A stretch of 64,000 nucleotides of DNA from an uncultured Cytophagales bacterium (GTDB lineage Bacteria > Bacteroidota > Bacteroidia > Cytophagales > Spirosomataceae): positions 313,285 through 377,284 of the forward strand of contig CAXUKO010000005.1 of the NCBI GenBank assembly GCA_964251665.1. The letters are read 5' to 3'. The notes under the pieces were generated by a model. It was not told the origin of the DNA, searched no databases, and worked only from the letters and a program-made list of their open reading frames with translations. This document shows, piece after piece, positions 38,227 to 46,267 of this stretch (position 1 is its first letter; each line of letters opens with the position of its first letter). The position numbers were made by a program, and so were the translations under genes.

Positions 38227-38427
38227 CTTTTTCCGGTATTTATACCATTCTTATTTTAGAACCAAATGTATCGGGAATGCAGGAGGATTACAACGTCTAT
38301 GCTGTTTCGGCAAGGCTTTCGCCGACCGACCAACTGTTTTTCATACGGGCCGATTGGCCAAAAACCATTTCCCCGAAAAGCCTGTTATTCCCGCAAGGGC
38401 TACCCCGTATCAAATCCCCCTGTTTTA

Positions 38428-39957
38428 ATGAGCTACCACAATCTGAAAGCGAACGAATTAAAGGCTATCAAAACGCTCGGTGCATTGAAAGCCGCCGGGT
38501 ACCAGTCGCGCTCCATCAAACAGGAACTCCGCGATAATCTCATCGAAAAATTAAAAACGAAAGAACAGGTTTTCCCGGGCATCTGGGGCTACGAAGAAAC
38601 CGTTATTCCTGATGTGGAACGGGCCATTCTGTCCATGCACCACATTAACCTGCTGGGGCTGCGCGGACAGGCTAAAACCCGGATTGCGCGGCTGATGGTG
38701 AATCTATTGGACGAGTACATTCCGATAGTTGAAGGGTCCGAACTCAACGACGATCCGCTCAATCCGCTCTCCCGTTTTGCCATTGACCTGATTGCCCAAC
38801 AGGGCGACAATACACCCATCAGCTGGTTGCCCCGCGCCGACCGCTACACCGAAAAACTGGCGACGCCCGACGTATCGGTGGCTGACTTAATCGGCGATGT
38901 AGACCCTATTAAAGCGGCTACGCTGAAATTGCCCTACTCGGATGAACGGACGATTCACTTCGGCCTGATTCCGCGTTCGCACCGGTGTATTTTTGTCATC
39001 AACGAACTGCCCGATTTACAGGCCCGGATTCAGGTGTCGCTGTTCAACATTTTGCAGGAAGGCGACATTCAGATTCGGGGGTTCAAGCTGCGGCTGCCGC
39101 TCGACATTCAGTTCGTCTTTACAGCTAACCCGGAAGATTACACGAACCGGGGCAGCATTGTGACGCCGTTGAAAGACCGGATCGACAGTCAGATCGTGAC
39201 CCATTATCCGAAGTCGATTGAGATTGGCAAGAAGATTACGCAGCAGGAAGCCATCGTGAAATCGGAGCAGAAGGGTATGGTAAAAACCAACGACCTGGTG
39301 GCTACGCTAATCGAGCAGATTGCGATGGAAGCCCGCGAGAGTGAGTATGTCGATGCCAAGTCGGGCGTATCGGCCCGAATGACCATTTCAGCCTACGAAA
39401 ATCTGCTTTCTTCGGCCGAGCGACGGTCCCTGCTCAACAGCGAAAAAGAAACCTACGTACGTGTTGCCGATCTATACGGAGTGGTTCCAGCTATCTGCGG
39501 TAAGGTGGAGCTCGTGTACGAAGGTGAGGTAGAAGGGCCGGTTATTGTAGCGCAGAGCCTGATTGGGAAAGCCATCCGGAATCAGTTTCTGAATTACTTC
39601 CCGAACCCCGAAAAGGCAAAAAAAGACAAGCGCGGCAACCCGTACAAGAAGGTTACGGACTGGTTCGGCGATGGCAACACAATGGATATCCTGAACGACC
39701 TGACCAACCGCGACTATGAGGCCCGCCTGAAAACCATTGATGGGTTAGACGATGTAGTGGATCAGTTTATGCCCCGTCTGAGCAAAGCCGAAAAGCTGTT
39801 CATGATGGAGTTCGCTCTGCACGGCCTGGCCGAACACTCACTGGTAGGTAAGAAAGCGATGGATACCGGTCAGCAGTTCAAAGACCTGCTCGGCTCGATG
39901 TTCAATCCCGGCTCGTCCTTCGGCGAAGACGACGAGGATGAAGATGATCGGTTTTAA
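38428..39957 (+). CDS. AAA+/Mg-chelatase ChlI-like ATPase family protein with acidic C-terminus
   Basis: Start moved to ATG 38428 (MSYHNLKANELK). It has the P-loop-like GLRGQAKTR, the Walker-B-like CIFVINELPD and the acidic tail GEDDEDEDDRF. The family assignment is from memory only. Confidence 0.6.
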   Translation: MSYHNLKANELKAIKTLGALKAAGYQSRSIKQELRDNLIEKLKTKEQVFPGIWGYEETVIPDVERAILSMHHINLLGLRGQAKTRIARLMVNLLDEYIPIVEGSELNDDPLNPLSRFAIDLIAQQGDNTPISWLPRADRYTEKLATPDVSVADLIGDVDPIKAATLKLPYSDERTIHFGLIPRSHRCIFVINELPDLQARIQVSLFNILQEGDIQIRGFKLRLPLDIQFVFTANPEDYTNRGSIVTPLKDRIDSQIVTHYPKSIEIGKKITQQEAIVKSEQKGMVKTNDLVATLIEQIAMEARESEYVDAKSGVSARMTISAYENLLSSAERRSLLNSEKETYVRVADLYGVVPAICGKVELVYEGEVEGPVIVAQSLIGKAIRNQFLNYFPNPEKAKKDKRGNPYKKVTDWFGDGNTMDILNDLTNRDYEARLKTIDGLDDVVDQFMPRLSKAEKLFMMEFALHGLAEHSLVGKKAMDTGQQFKDLLGSMFNPGSSFGEDDEDEDDRF

Positions 39958-39960
39958 TTG

Positions 39961-39992
39961 ATGAAGAGACGCAACATGTTGCGTCTCTTCAT
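39961..39992. terminator. perfect 32-nt palindrome, bidirectional terminator
   Basis: atgaagagacgcaaca|tgttgcgtctcttcat lies between the convergent ATPase and ybjQ-like genes. Confidence 0.7.
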
Positions 39993-40312
39993 TAGTCAAT
40001 AACCACCGCCGTACCGTTAGCGGACACCATCAGCATGGAACCGTTGCCGCCGATGGTTTCATAGTCGAGGTCGATGCCGATGATAGCGTTGGCACCGAGC
40101 CGTTGAGCCTGATCGATCATTTCCTTAAGTGCGATACTCTTAGCCTCGCGCAGGCCCTGCTCGTAAGCCCCGGACCGACCACCGACGATGTCTGAAATGT
40201 TGGCAAAAAAATCCTTTACAATGTTGGCACCAATGATGGCTTCGCCATTTACGATGCCGAGGTATTTAGTAATCCGTTGACCTTCAACCGTTGACGTAGT
40301 CGTGAGTAACAT
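39992..40312 (-). CDS. YbjQ/UPF0145 family protein
   Basis: 106 aa with [27 protein letters not shown]...GGRSGAYE...[12 protein letters not shown]. Confidence 0.85.
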   Translation of the reverse strand: MLLTTTSTVEGQRITKYLGIVNGEAIIGANIVKDFFANISDIVGGRSGAYEQGLREAKSIALKEMIDQAQRLGANAIIGIDLDYETIGGNGSMLMVSANGTAVVID

Positions 40313-40380
40313 AAAAAGGGGTCGTTCTCTATGGTATAGCCGTAAAGAACGCCCCCTTTTTCGATTTACGCAAAAGCACT

Positions 40381-41745
40381 TTATTTGCCGTTCGGCGCGT
40401 AAACAACATCCAGCTCAACAATGGTGTCGGCAGCATTGGCATCGGGATCGGTCGGCAGGGTCAGTACAGTACCGCCATCCAGCTTTGATATAGTCACCGG
40501 ACCGCCACCAAACAGACGAGCCGCCTGCACCTTTCCGTTAAACGCGGGTAGCGTTAATTGCCGGTCTGCCCAGTCCAGAATGTGAACGTACACTTTGTTG
40601 CCCTTTGCCGTAGTGACACCCCAGTTGCGGGCCTCGATTGGCCCCTGTCGGGTACCGTAAATCGTTTCACCGTACTGTTTCGTCCACTGCCCTACCTCAG
40701 CTAACGTCTTCACAAATTCAGGCTGAATTTTCCCATTGGGCATCGGCCCCACGTTGAGCAGGAAATTGGCATTATGCCCGGCCGCTTTCACTAAGTACTG
40801 CACCAGTTGTTTGGTCGATTTATAATTGTTGTCTTTTATGTTGAATCCCCACGCGCCGTTCATAGTCTCGCAGGTTTCGAGCGGCAACCGGCCCACGGTC
40901 TGTTCAACGTTAAAACCAGAGGTCTTGCCCCCCGGTAGGTCTTTCTCGAACATCTGAAAATCTTCGCCGGGAAACGGAGCGACGTGGTGATTATTGCCAA
41001 TCAGCGCGGCTGGCTGTAGTTTGTGAATCAGCGAATAGGTGCGGTCGAGTTGCCAGTTAATATTGGGCTTCGTCAATTCGCCGTTCACCTTGGAGGTCTG
41101 ATCCCACCAGCCATCGAACCAGATACCGCCTACGGGGCCGTAATTGGTGAGCAACTCCGTCAGTTGGGTATCCATGTAGGCCAGATACTTCTCGAAATCA
41201 CCGCTTTCGGGCCGACCCGAGGTTAGACCAGTTCGACCGCGCGGGTAATAATCGGGATGATGCCAGTCGAGGTGGGAGTGATAAAAGAACAGTTTAATCC
41301 CCTGTGCCCGGCACTCGTCGGCCAGGGCCTTCAGTACGTCTTTTTTGTAGGGCGTCCGATCCATGATGTCATAGTCGGATACTTTGGAATCGTACATCGC
41401 AAATCCGTCGTGGTGCTTGCTGGTAATGGTGATGTACTTCATGCCGGCGTTTTTGGCCATCGCCACCCATTCCTTCGCGTCAAAAGCCGTCGGGTTGAAA
41501 AAAGCCGGTAGTTTTTCGTAATCCTTCACCGGAATCTGGCGCTCGTTCATTACCCATTCGCCCGCAGCCAGCGTACTGTAAACACCCCAGTGAATAAAGA
41601 GACCAAATTTATCGTCCTGAAACTGCTGACGTGCTTTGAGGTTTTCGGGCGCGGGCTGATAACTACCCTGCCCACTGGCAATCTGGCAGCTGATGAGCAG
41701 GCAGTTCAGGGTGAGCAGTCCTATAAGCAGGAAGGTGCGTTTCAT
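40381..41745 (-). CDS. alpha-L-fucosidase, glycoside hydrolase family 29 (secreted)
   Basis: Signal peptide plus the blocks [29 protein letters not shown] and WFDGWW. Confidence 0.9.
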   Translation of the reverse strand: MKRTFLLIGLLTLNCLLISCQIASGQGSYQPAPENLKARQQFQDDKFGLFIHWGVYSTLAAGEWVMNERQIPVKDYEKLPAFFNPTAFDAKEWVAMAKNAGMKYITITSKHHDGFAMYDSKVSDYDIMDRTPYKKDVLKALADECRAQGIKLFFYHSHLDWHHPDYYPRGRTGLTSGRPESGDFEKYLAYMDTQLTELLTNYGPVGGIWFDGWWDQTSKVNGELTKPNINWQLDRTYSLIHKLQPAALIGNNHHVAPFPGEDFQMFEKDLPGGKTSGFNVEQTVGRLPLETCETMNGAWGFNIKDNNYKSTKQLVQYLVKAAGHNANFLLNVGPMPNGKIQPEFVKTLAEVGQWTKQYGETIYGTRQGPIEARNWGVTTAKGNKVYVHILDWADRQLTLPAFNGKVQAARLFGGGPVTISKLDGGTVLTLPTDPDANAADTIVELDVVYAPNGK

Positions 41746-41794
41746 GGTGAATAGGGTCGATTTCCCGTAAAAGCACGGGAATCATTAACCTTAC

Positions 41795-42505
41795 TTAATC
41801 CAGGGCATCAGCCAGTGTTCGGATGTATTCATCCACATACTGTTCCATATAGCGGCTTCGGTATTGCAGAATGTACCGGGGATGATCCAGCGAAATGATT
41901 TGATCAAAAAAGCCCTGCTCGTCGTTCAGTCGCTTCAGGAATACTTCATTTTTACGTCCCAGGCAGATACCGACCCGGCGATTATAGCCAAAGTTGAGCT
42001 GAGTGCGAACCGTCTCCGTAATAACCGGCCAGAGCGCGTTGGTTGTCGCCTTATCGTCGTAAAAGTTGTAGTTCTTTCCTTCCTTCACTAACGCCAGCGG
42101 ATAGAGTGATGTCAGGAAAAAGCGACCATAAAAGGCCTCCGCCCCACCCAGAGCCTCAACCACGTTGTAAATAAACCGGCTCGACAGTTCCGGCGTGGGC
42201 GCAAGTGTGTTGTCAATGCCGCAATACCGTATCAGATTTTGGGGCGTTGTAAAGGAAATGCCCGTTACACCGGCGCCAAACCGGCCGGGATTAATGCCCA
42301 TCACGAATACGCGAGGCTGCTGATCGGCAAAGAATTTACCGTAGAACTCCCGGACAATAGTTTGTACAGGGGACGTCTCGTACGGATTCAGCGCCGACAC
42401 ACCAGCAGGCAGATTTTCGGGTTCATGCAGGGTCAGGTAGTAGTCGATGGCACGGGTGGCGAAGGTACCGGTGGTTAATTCTGGCTGACGCTGAAGCATT
42501 ATCAA
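41795..42505 (-). CDS. uracil-DNA glycosylase superfamily protein (DUF4918/SMUG2-like)
   Basis: The block VFVMGINPGRFGAGVTGISFT resembles the UDG-superfamily motif-1 region. The assignment is tentative. Confidence 0.45.
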   Translation of the reverse strand: MIMLQRQPELTTGTFATRAIDYYLTLHEPENLPAGVSALNPYETSPVQTIVREFYGKFFADQQPRVFVMGINPGRFGAGVTGISFTTPQNLIRYCGIDNTLAPTPELSSRFIYNVVEALGGAEAFYGRFFLTSLYPLALVKEGKNYNFYDDKATTNALWPVITETVRTQLNFGYNRRVGICLGRKNEVFLKRLNDEQGFFDQIISLDHPRYILQYRSRYMEQYVDEYIRTLADALD

Positions 42506-42597
42506 GGCATTAAATTGAGGTCCATTTAGTCAATAAACGTGGATAATAGCCGAATAGCGGTGCATCTTTGACTTTTTACAACCTCTTTCATTAAATC

Positions 42598-43113
42598 ATG
42601 AAAAAACCACCTTTCATTTCCAATCCCTGGGTTCGCTCGTCATTTTTGATTGTTTTAGTACTTTCGATAGCCATTGCCTGTAGTAAAAAAGACGACAACC
42701 CTGTTGCTCAGACAACTACGATAGAAGGTAACTGGAAAGTAAGTTCACTTACAGCGGCTGGCCTTGGCGATGTATTGCCCCTGATTACTGCCGGGTATGG
42801 CCCCTGCATTACAGACCTTACCCTTTCGTTTAAAGCTGGTGGGGCGGTTAGTTATGATACGCCAGCTTCGTGCACGGCCTCGGCTAAATCGGTATCGACT
42901 ATCAGTGCAGCTACCGGCATTGATGCCAACAGCAAATGGGTCCAGAGTGGCAATACGCTGACTATTACGCCCAGCACAGGTACCCCTAAATCCTTCAGCA
43001 CTACCTTTACTAATAACACTGCTGTTCAGTTGTTGGGTACAGCCGCGCTTGACCTGCTAACACCCGGTACGCCAACTACTTATACGCTGACAGTAGGTCT
43101 GAAAAAGATATAG
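42598..43113 (+). CDS. lipoprotein, lipocalin-like
   Basis: Lipobox IAIACS, EGNWKVSSL start of a lipocalin-like barrel, 171 aa. Confidence 0.5.
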   Translation: MKKPPFISNPWVRSSFLIVLVLSIAIACSKKDDNPVAQTTTIEGNWKVSSLTAAGLGDVLPLITAGYGPCITDLTLSFKAGGAVSYDTPASCTASAKSVSTISAATGIDANSKWVQSGNTLTITPSTGTPKSFSTTFTNNTAVQLLGTAALDLLTPGTPTTYTLTVGLKKI

Positions 43114-43167
43114 AACCACGTCCTTAAAGAGTACGTGCGTAGCCCGTTTCTGTTCAGAAACGGGCTT

Positions 43168-44043
43168 TTATTTATTGAACCAGTCGAAGCACAGCCGCGC
43201 CAGTCGGCCGATTACCCGCTCGGCCTCGGACGTGGGAATCCCCTGTACCAGCATCGACAGCACAAACGGTTCGGTCCGGCGCGCCGAGTTTGCATACACA
43301 ATACCCACGTCCGCCCGAACGTAGGTCAGTTCTCCGGTCTTGTGCGCCACCACCGTTCCCGGCGGCAGATCCCGCGGGATGGTCAGCGTATCTTCGTTGC
43401 GTTTGAGGATGTCGAGCATCTGCTCACAAAGCGCGGGAGTCAGGATGTCGTGTCGATAAATTTTGGTCAGTAGCGCATTCATCTCCCGCGCTGTCACTAC
43501 ATTTTCACGGCCTTGCTTTACCGCCAGCGTATCCATCATCACCCGGTTCAACCGACTTTGCGTCAGGCCAAGTGACTGCATCCGCCGGTTAATGGCCTCC
43601 ATACCCAGCTCATTGATAAAAATATTGGTAGCCGTATTATCGCTCTGAATCATCATGGCCGTCATCAGGTCGCGGTAGGCAATGCGGCTCCGGTGCGGAT
43701 AGGTGCTTAACGTGCCCGAGCCACCCGCTTTCTCGGAGTCAACCAGAATGTGAATCTCGTTGGGATCGAGCTTGCCGGCCTGTACCTGCGTCATAGCCTC
43801 TATGAGGATGGGTAGTTTAATCACACTCGCCGAAGGAATAAGCGCATCGGCCCGGTGAAAAAACGACGTATTTGCCGGTGATGCTCCTACCGATAAAGAC
43901 TCAACGGCTATACTAACGGATGTGGATGCGGGTAAGGTGTTCAGGTAAGCCATCAGCTGATCAGACAGCGATTGAGCAGAAACGGGTACTACCATAAGCC
44001 AGCCAATCAGGAAACCATACATTCGGGGCATGAGCACGGGCAA
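43168..44043 (-). CDS. class A beta-lactamase-like serine hydrolase
   Basis: S-x-x-K (SVIK), SDN (QSDNTATN) and KTG (HKTGEL), plus a signal peptide. Confidence 0.8.
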   Translation of the reverse strand: MPVLMPRMYGFLIGWLMVVPVSAQSLSDQLMAYLNTLPASTSVSIAVESLSVGASPANTSFFHRADALIPSASVIKLPILIEAMTQVQAGKLDPNEIHILVDSEKAGGSGTLSTYPHRSRIAYRDLMTAMMIQSDNTATNIFINELGMEAINRRMQSLGLTQSRLNRVMMDTLAVKQGRENVVTAREMNALLTKIYRHDILTPALCEQMLDILKRNEDTLTIPRDLPPGTVVAHKTGELTYVRADVGIVYANSARRTEPFVLSMLVQGIPTSEAERVIGRLARLCFDWFNK

Positions 44044-44106
44044 CGCAGTTTAAGAGTGGTCAAAAATACGGTACTTTCGTTCAGTCAACCAGAACCCCTG
44101 CGCAGC

Positions 44107-44946
44107 GTGACCGTACAAACTATAAATACCGGCTTTTTTAAACTCGACGGGGGTGCCATGTTCGGCGTCGTACCCAAGTCCATGTGGCAGTCCATTAACC
44201 CTGCCGACGAACGCAACCTATGTACCTGGGCCATGCGCTGCCTGCTCATCGAATCGGGTGGCAAATTAATGATCGTGGATACCGGCGCAGGCAACAAACA
44301 GGATGCAAAGTTCTTCGGCTACTATGACATTGACCCCGAAAACAACAACCTCATCGACGCCATTCGGGCGGCTGGGTACTCAGAAAATGACATTACTGAT
44401 GTGCTGCTGACTCACCTGCACTTCGATCACGTAGGTGGCGCGGTCAGCCGGGCAGGCGAATCCCTGCGACCCACCTTTCCGAAAGCTACTTATTGGACCC
44501 ATAGTCAGCACTGGGACTGGGCCACGCACCCCAACCCACGCGAACGAGCGTCATTTCGCTCCGAAAACATCTTGCCTTTGCAGGAAAGCGGTCAGTTGCA
44601 GTATCTCGATCAGGCAGAAATGCCCTTTCGGGAACTCACGATTCAAACGGTAGACGGGCATACCGAGAAGATGATGTTGCCCATTATAACCTTGCAGGGG
44701 CGCACCATTGCGTTCGTCTCGGACCTGATTCCATCGGCCGGGCATATTCCGGTCCCCTATGTGATGGGCTACGACATGCGGCCGTTAACGACCATGGATG
44801 AGAAAATCCAGCTTTTAGCCAGGGCCGCTGCCGAAAACTGGATACTCGCCTTCCAGCACGATCCCATCATCGAAGCCGCGACCGTACAGATGACCGACAA
44901 AGGCGTTCGTGTGCGAGAGAAAGGGCGACTGGTGGATTTGTTGTAG
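44107..44946 (+). CDS. MBL-fold metallo-hydrolase
   Basis: HLHFDHVGG (HxHxDH) and N-terminal FKLDGGAMFGVVPK. The start is uncertain: GTG 44107 or GTG 44056. The track start at 43972 overlaps the divergent lactamase gene. Confidence 0.72.
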   Translation: MTVQTINTGFFKLDGGAMFGVVPKSMWQSINPADERNLCTWAMRCLLIESGGKLMIVDTGAGNKQDAKFFGYYDIDPENNNLIDAIRAAGYSENDITDVLLTHLHFDHVGGAVSRAGESLRPTFPKATYWTHSQHWDWATHPNPRERASFRSENILPLQESGQLQYLDQAEMPFRELTIQTVDGHTEKMMLPIITLQGRTIAFVSDLIPSAGHIPVPYVMGYDMRPLTTMDEKIQLLARAAAENWILAFQHDPIIEAATVQMTDKGVRVREKGRLVDLL

Positions 44947-44950
44947 ACCC

Positions 44951-44990
44951 ATTCCCACAGTGAGCGACTTAAGTCGCTCACTGTGGGAAT
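44951..44990. terminator. perfect 40-nt palindrome (terminator or REP-like hairpin)
   Basis: attcccacagtgagcgactt|aagtcgctcactgtgggaat begins 5 nt after the MBL gene stop. Confidence 0.7.
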
Positions 44991-45065
44991 CAATAAACCA
45001 AACCGGTCGGACAGGCGTTCTTTCAGGGGTAACTTCAGCCCTATTTATCACTACATCAGCAGGCT

Positions 45066-45827
45066 ATGAACGTAGGTTTGGTTTTATCAGGCGGGGGTGC
45101 CAGGGGTATTGCGCACCTTGGCGTGATCAAAGCCCTGCTCGAACAGGGTATTCAGATCGACCGCATTTCCGGCACCAGTGCGGGAGCTATCGTAGGGGCT
45201 TTATTTGCGCACGGTTATCCGCCCGACGAAATACTTAAGATCATTGAAACGGCCGGCTTTATGCGGCATCTGCGTCCGGCCTGGAGCCGTATGGGGCTGC
45301 TGAGCCTGAATACGGTTGTTGACTTATTCCGCAGTTTTATTCCCCACGACCGGTTCGAGGAACTGGCAATCCCGCTGCATGTCGTGGCGGTTGATCTGAA
45401 CGAGGGCGAACAGGAAATCTTCGACACCGGCGAATTAATTCGTCCCGTACTGGCTTCGTGCTGTCTGCCGGGCATCTTCGAACCCTTTACGATCCACAAA
45501 CGCCAATTTGTGGATGGGGGCGTGCTGAACAACCTTCCTGTGGAGCCCCTCGAACATAAGGTCGACTTTATCATTGGGTCGCACTGCAACCCGTTCGGCA
45601 TTACGCGGCCTATTACCTCCATGCGGGGCGTAGTTGAGCGGAGTCTGATTCTGGCGGTGCAGGCTAAAACCAAAGAACGTTTTGCAAAATGTGACTTGCT
45701 CATCGAACCACCTCAGTTAGCGGATTATGATGTGCGCGACCTGCGCCGGTCGAGGGAGTTATTTCGCATTGGCTATCAGTACACGAAAGGACTACAGGTT
45801 CGGCTGGAGAAAGCCATCAACGCCTGA
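45066..45827 (+). CDS. patatin-like phospholipase
   Basis: GGGARG oxyanion block, GTSAG nucleophile elbow and DGG catalytic Asp block (VDGGVLNN). Confidence 0.87.
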   Translation: MNVGLVLSGGGARGIAHLGVIKALLEQGIQIDRISGTSAGAIVGALFAHGYPPDEILKIIETAGFMRHLRPAWSRMGLLSLNTVVDLFRSFIPHDRFEELAIPLHVVAVDLNEGEQEIFDTGELIRPVLASCCLPGIFEPFTIHKRQFVDGGVLNNLPVEPLEHKVDFIIGSHCNPFGITRPITSMRGVVERSLILAVQAKTKERFAKCDLLIEPPQLADYDVRDLRRSRELFRIGYQYTKGLQVRLEKAINA

Positions 45828-45844
45828 ACAGGTTAGATTTCCCG

Positions 45845-45895
45845 GAAGCGGTACGTGCCTATCCACCAAATATGAGGTAGGGCACGTACCGCTTC
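45845..45895. terminator. long hairpin after the patatin gene
   Basis: gaagcggtacgtgcc...ggcacgtaccgcttc has a 15-bp stem. It shares the core cggtacgtgc with the inner hairpin of the element at 17246-17275. Confidence 0.6.
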
Positions 45896-46093
45896 TGTGT
45901 GAAATCACGTTTTTGTCTCCTCTACGATACACTTATTTTTACTGCACTCTACTTGCCTTGAAGACTTGAACAATTTCAGTTTTTCATTACTTAGTTTCTT
46001 TCCCGGCCTTGTCTGATTTTCCCTTGTCCTGTACAAAAATTTAATTTTCAAGTGCAATAAAATGGCATAAAATCTCAGATTAACACAATTATT

Positions 46094-46249
46094 TAAGTAT
46101 TTTCCCTAAGTATAGTGCAGTAGCCAACAAAACAATATTTGCCTTCATAAGCATAACAGCGAATTTTATATATATCATTAAAAAAAGATGGCCCTATTTT
46201 TTATGCCTTTTTCAATGTTTAAGTTTGTGATAAGAACTACGTTTTCTTA
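46094..46249 (+). promoter_or_regulatory. conserved regulatory leader of SusC/SusD module 1
   Basis: Direct repeats TAAGTAT at 46094 and 46107, an A/T block at 46161-46190, the -7 box TAAGTTTG at 46220-46227, and the 5'-UTR hairpin taagaa/ttctta at 46231-46249. It aligns without gaps to 51580-51735. Confidence 0.55.
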
Positions 46250-46267
46250 ACCAAACTTAAATCAGTT

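Noticed and set aside
43972-44106. Long N-terminal extension of the MBL-fold gene overlapping the divergent beta-lactamase-like gene
   Set aside because: The extension would overlap the lactamase start region by 72 nt, and the family typically begins just before FKLDGGAMFG. An internal GTG start (44107 or 44056) is more plausible.
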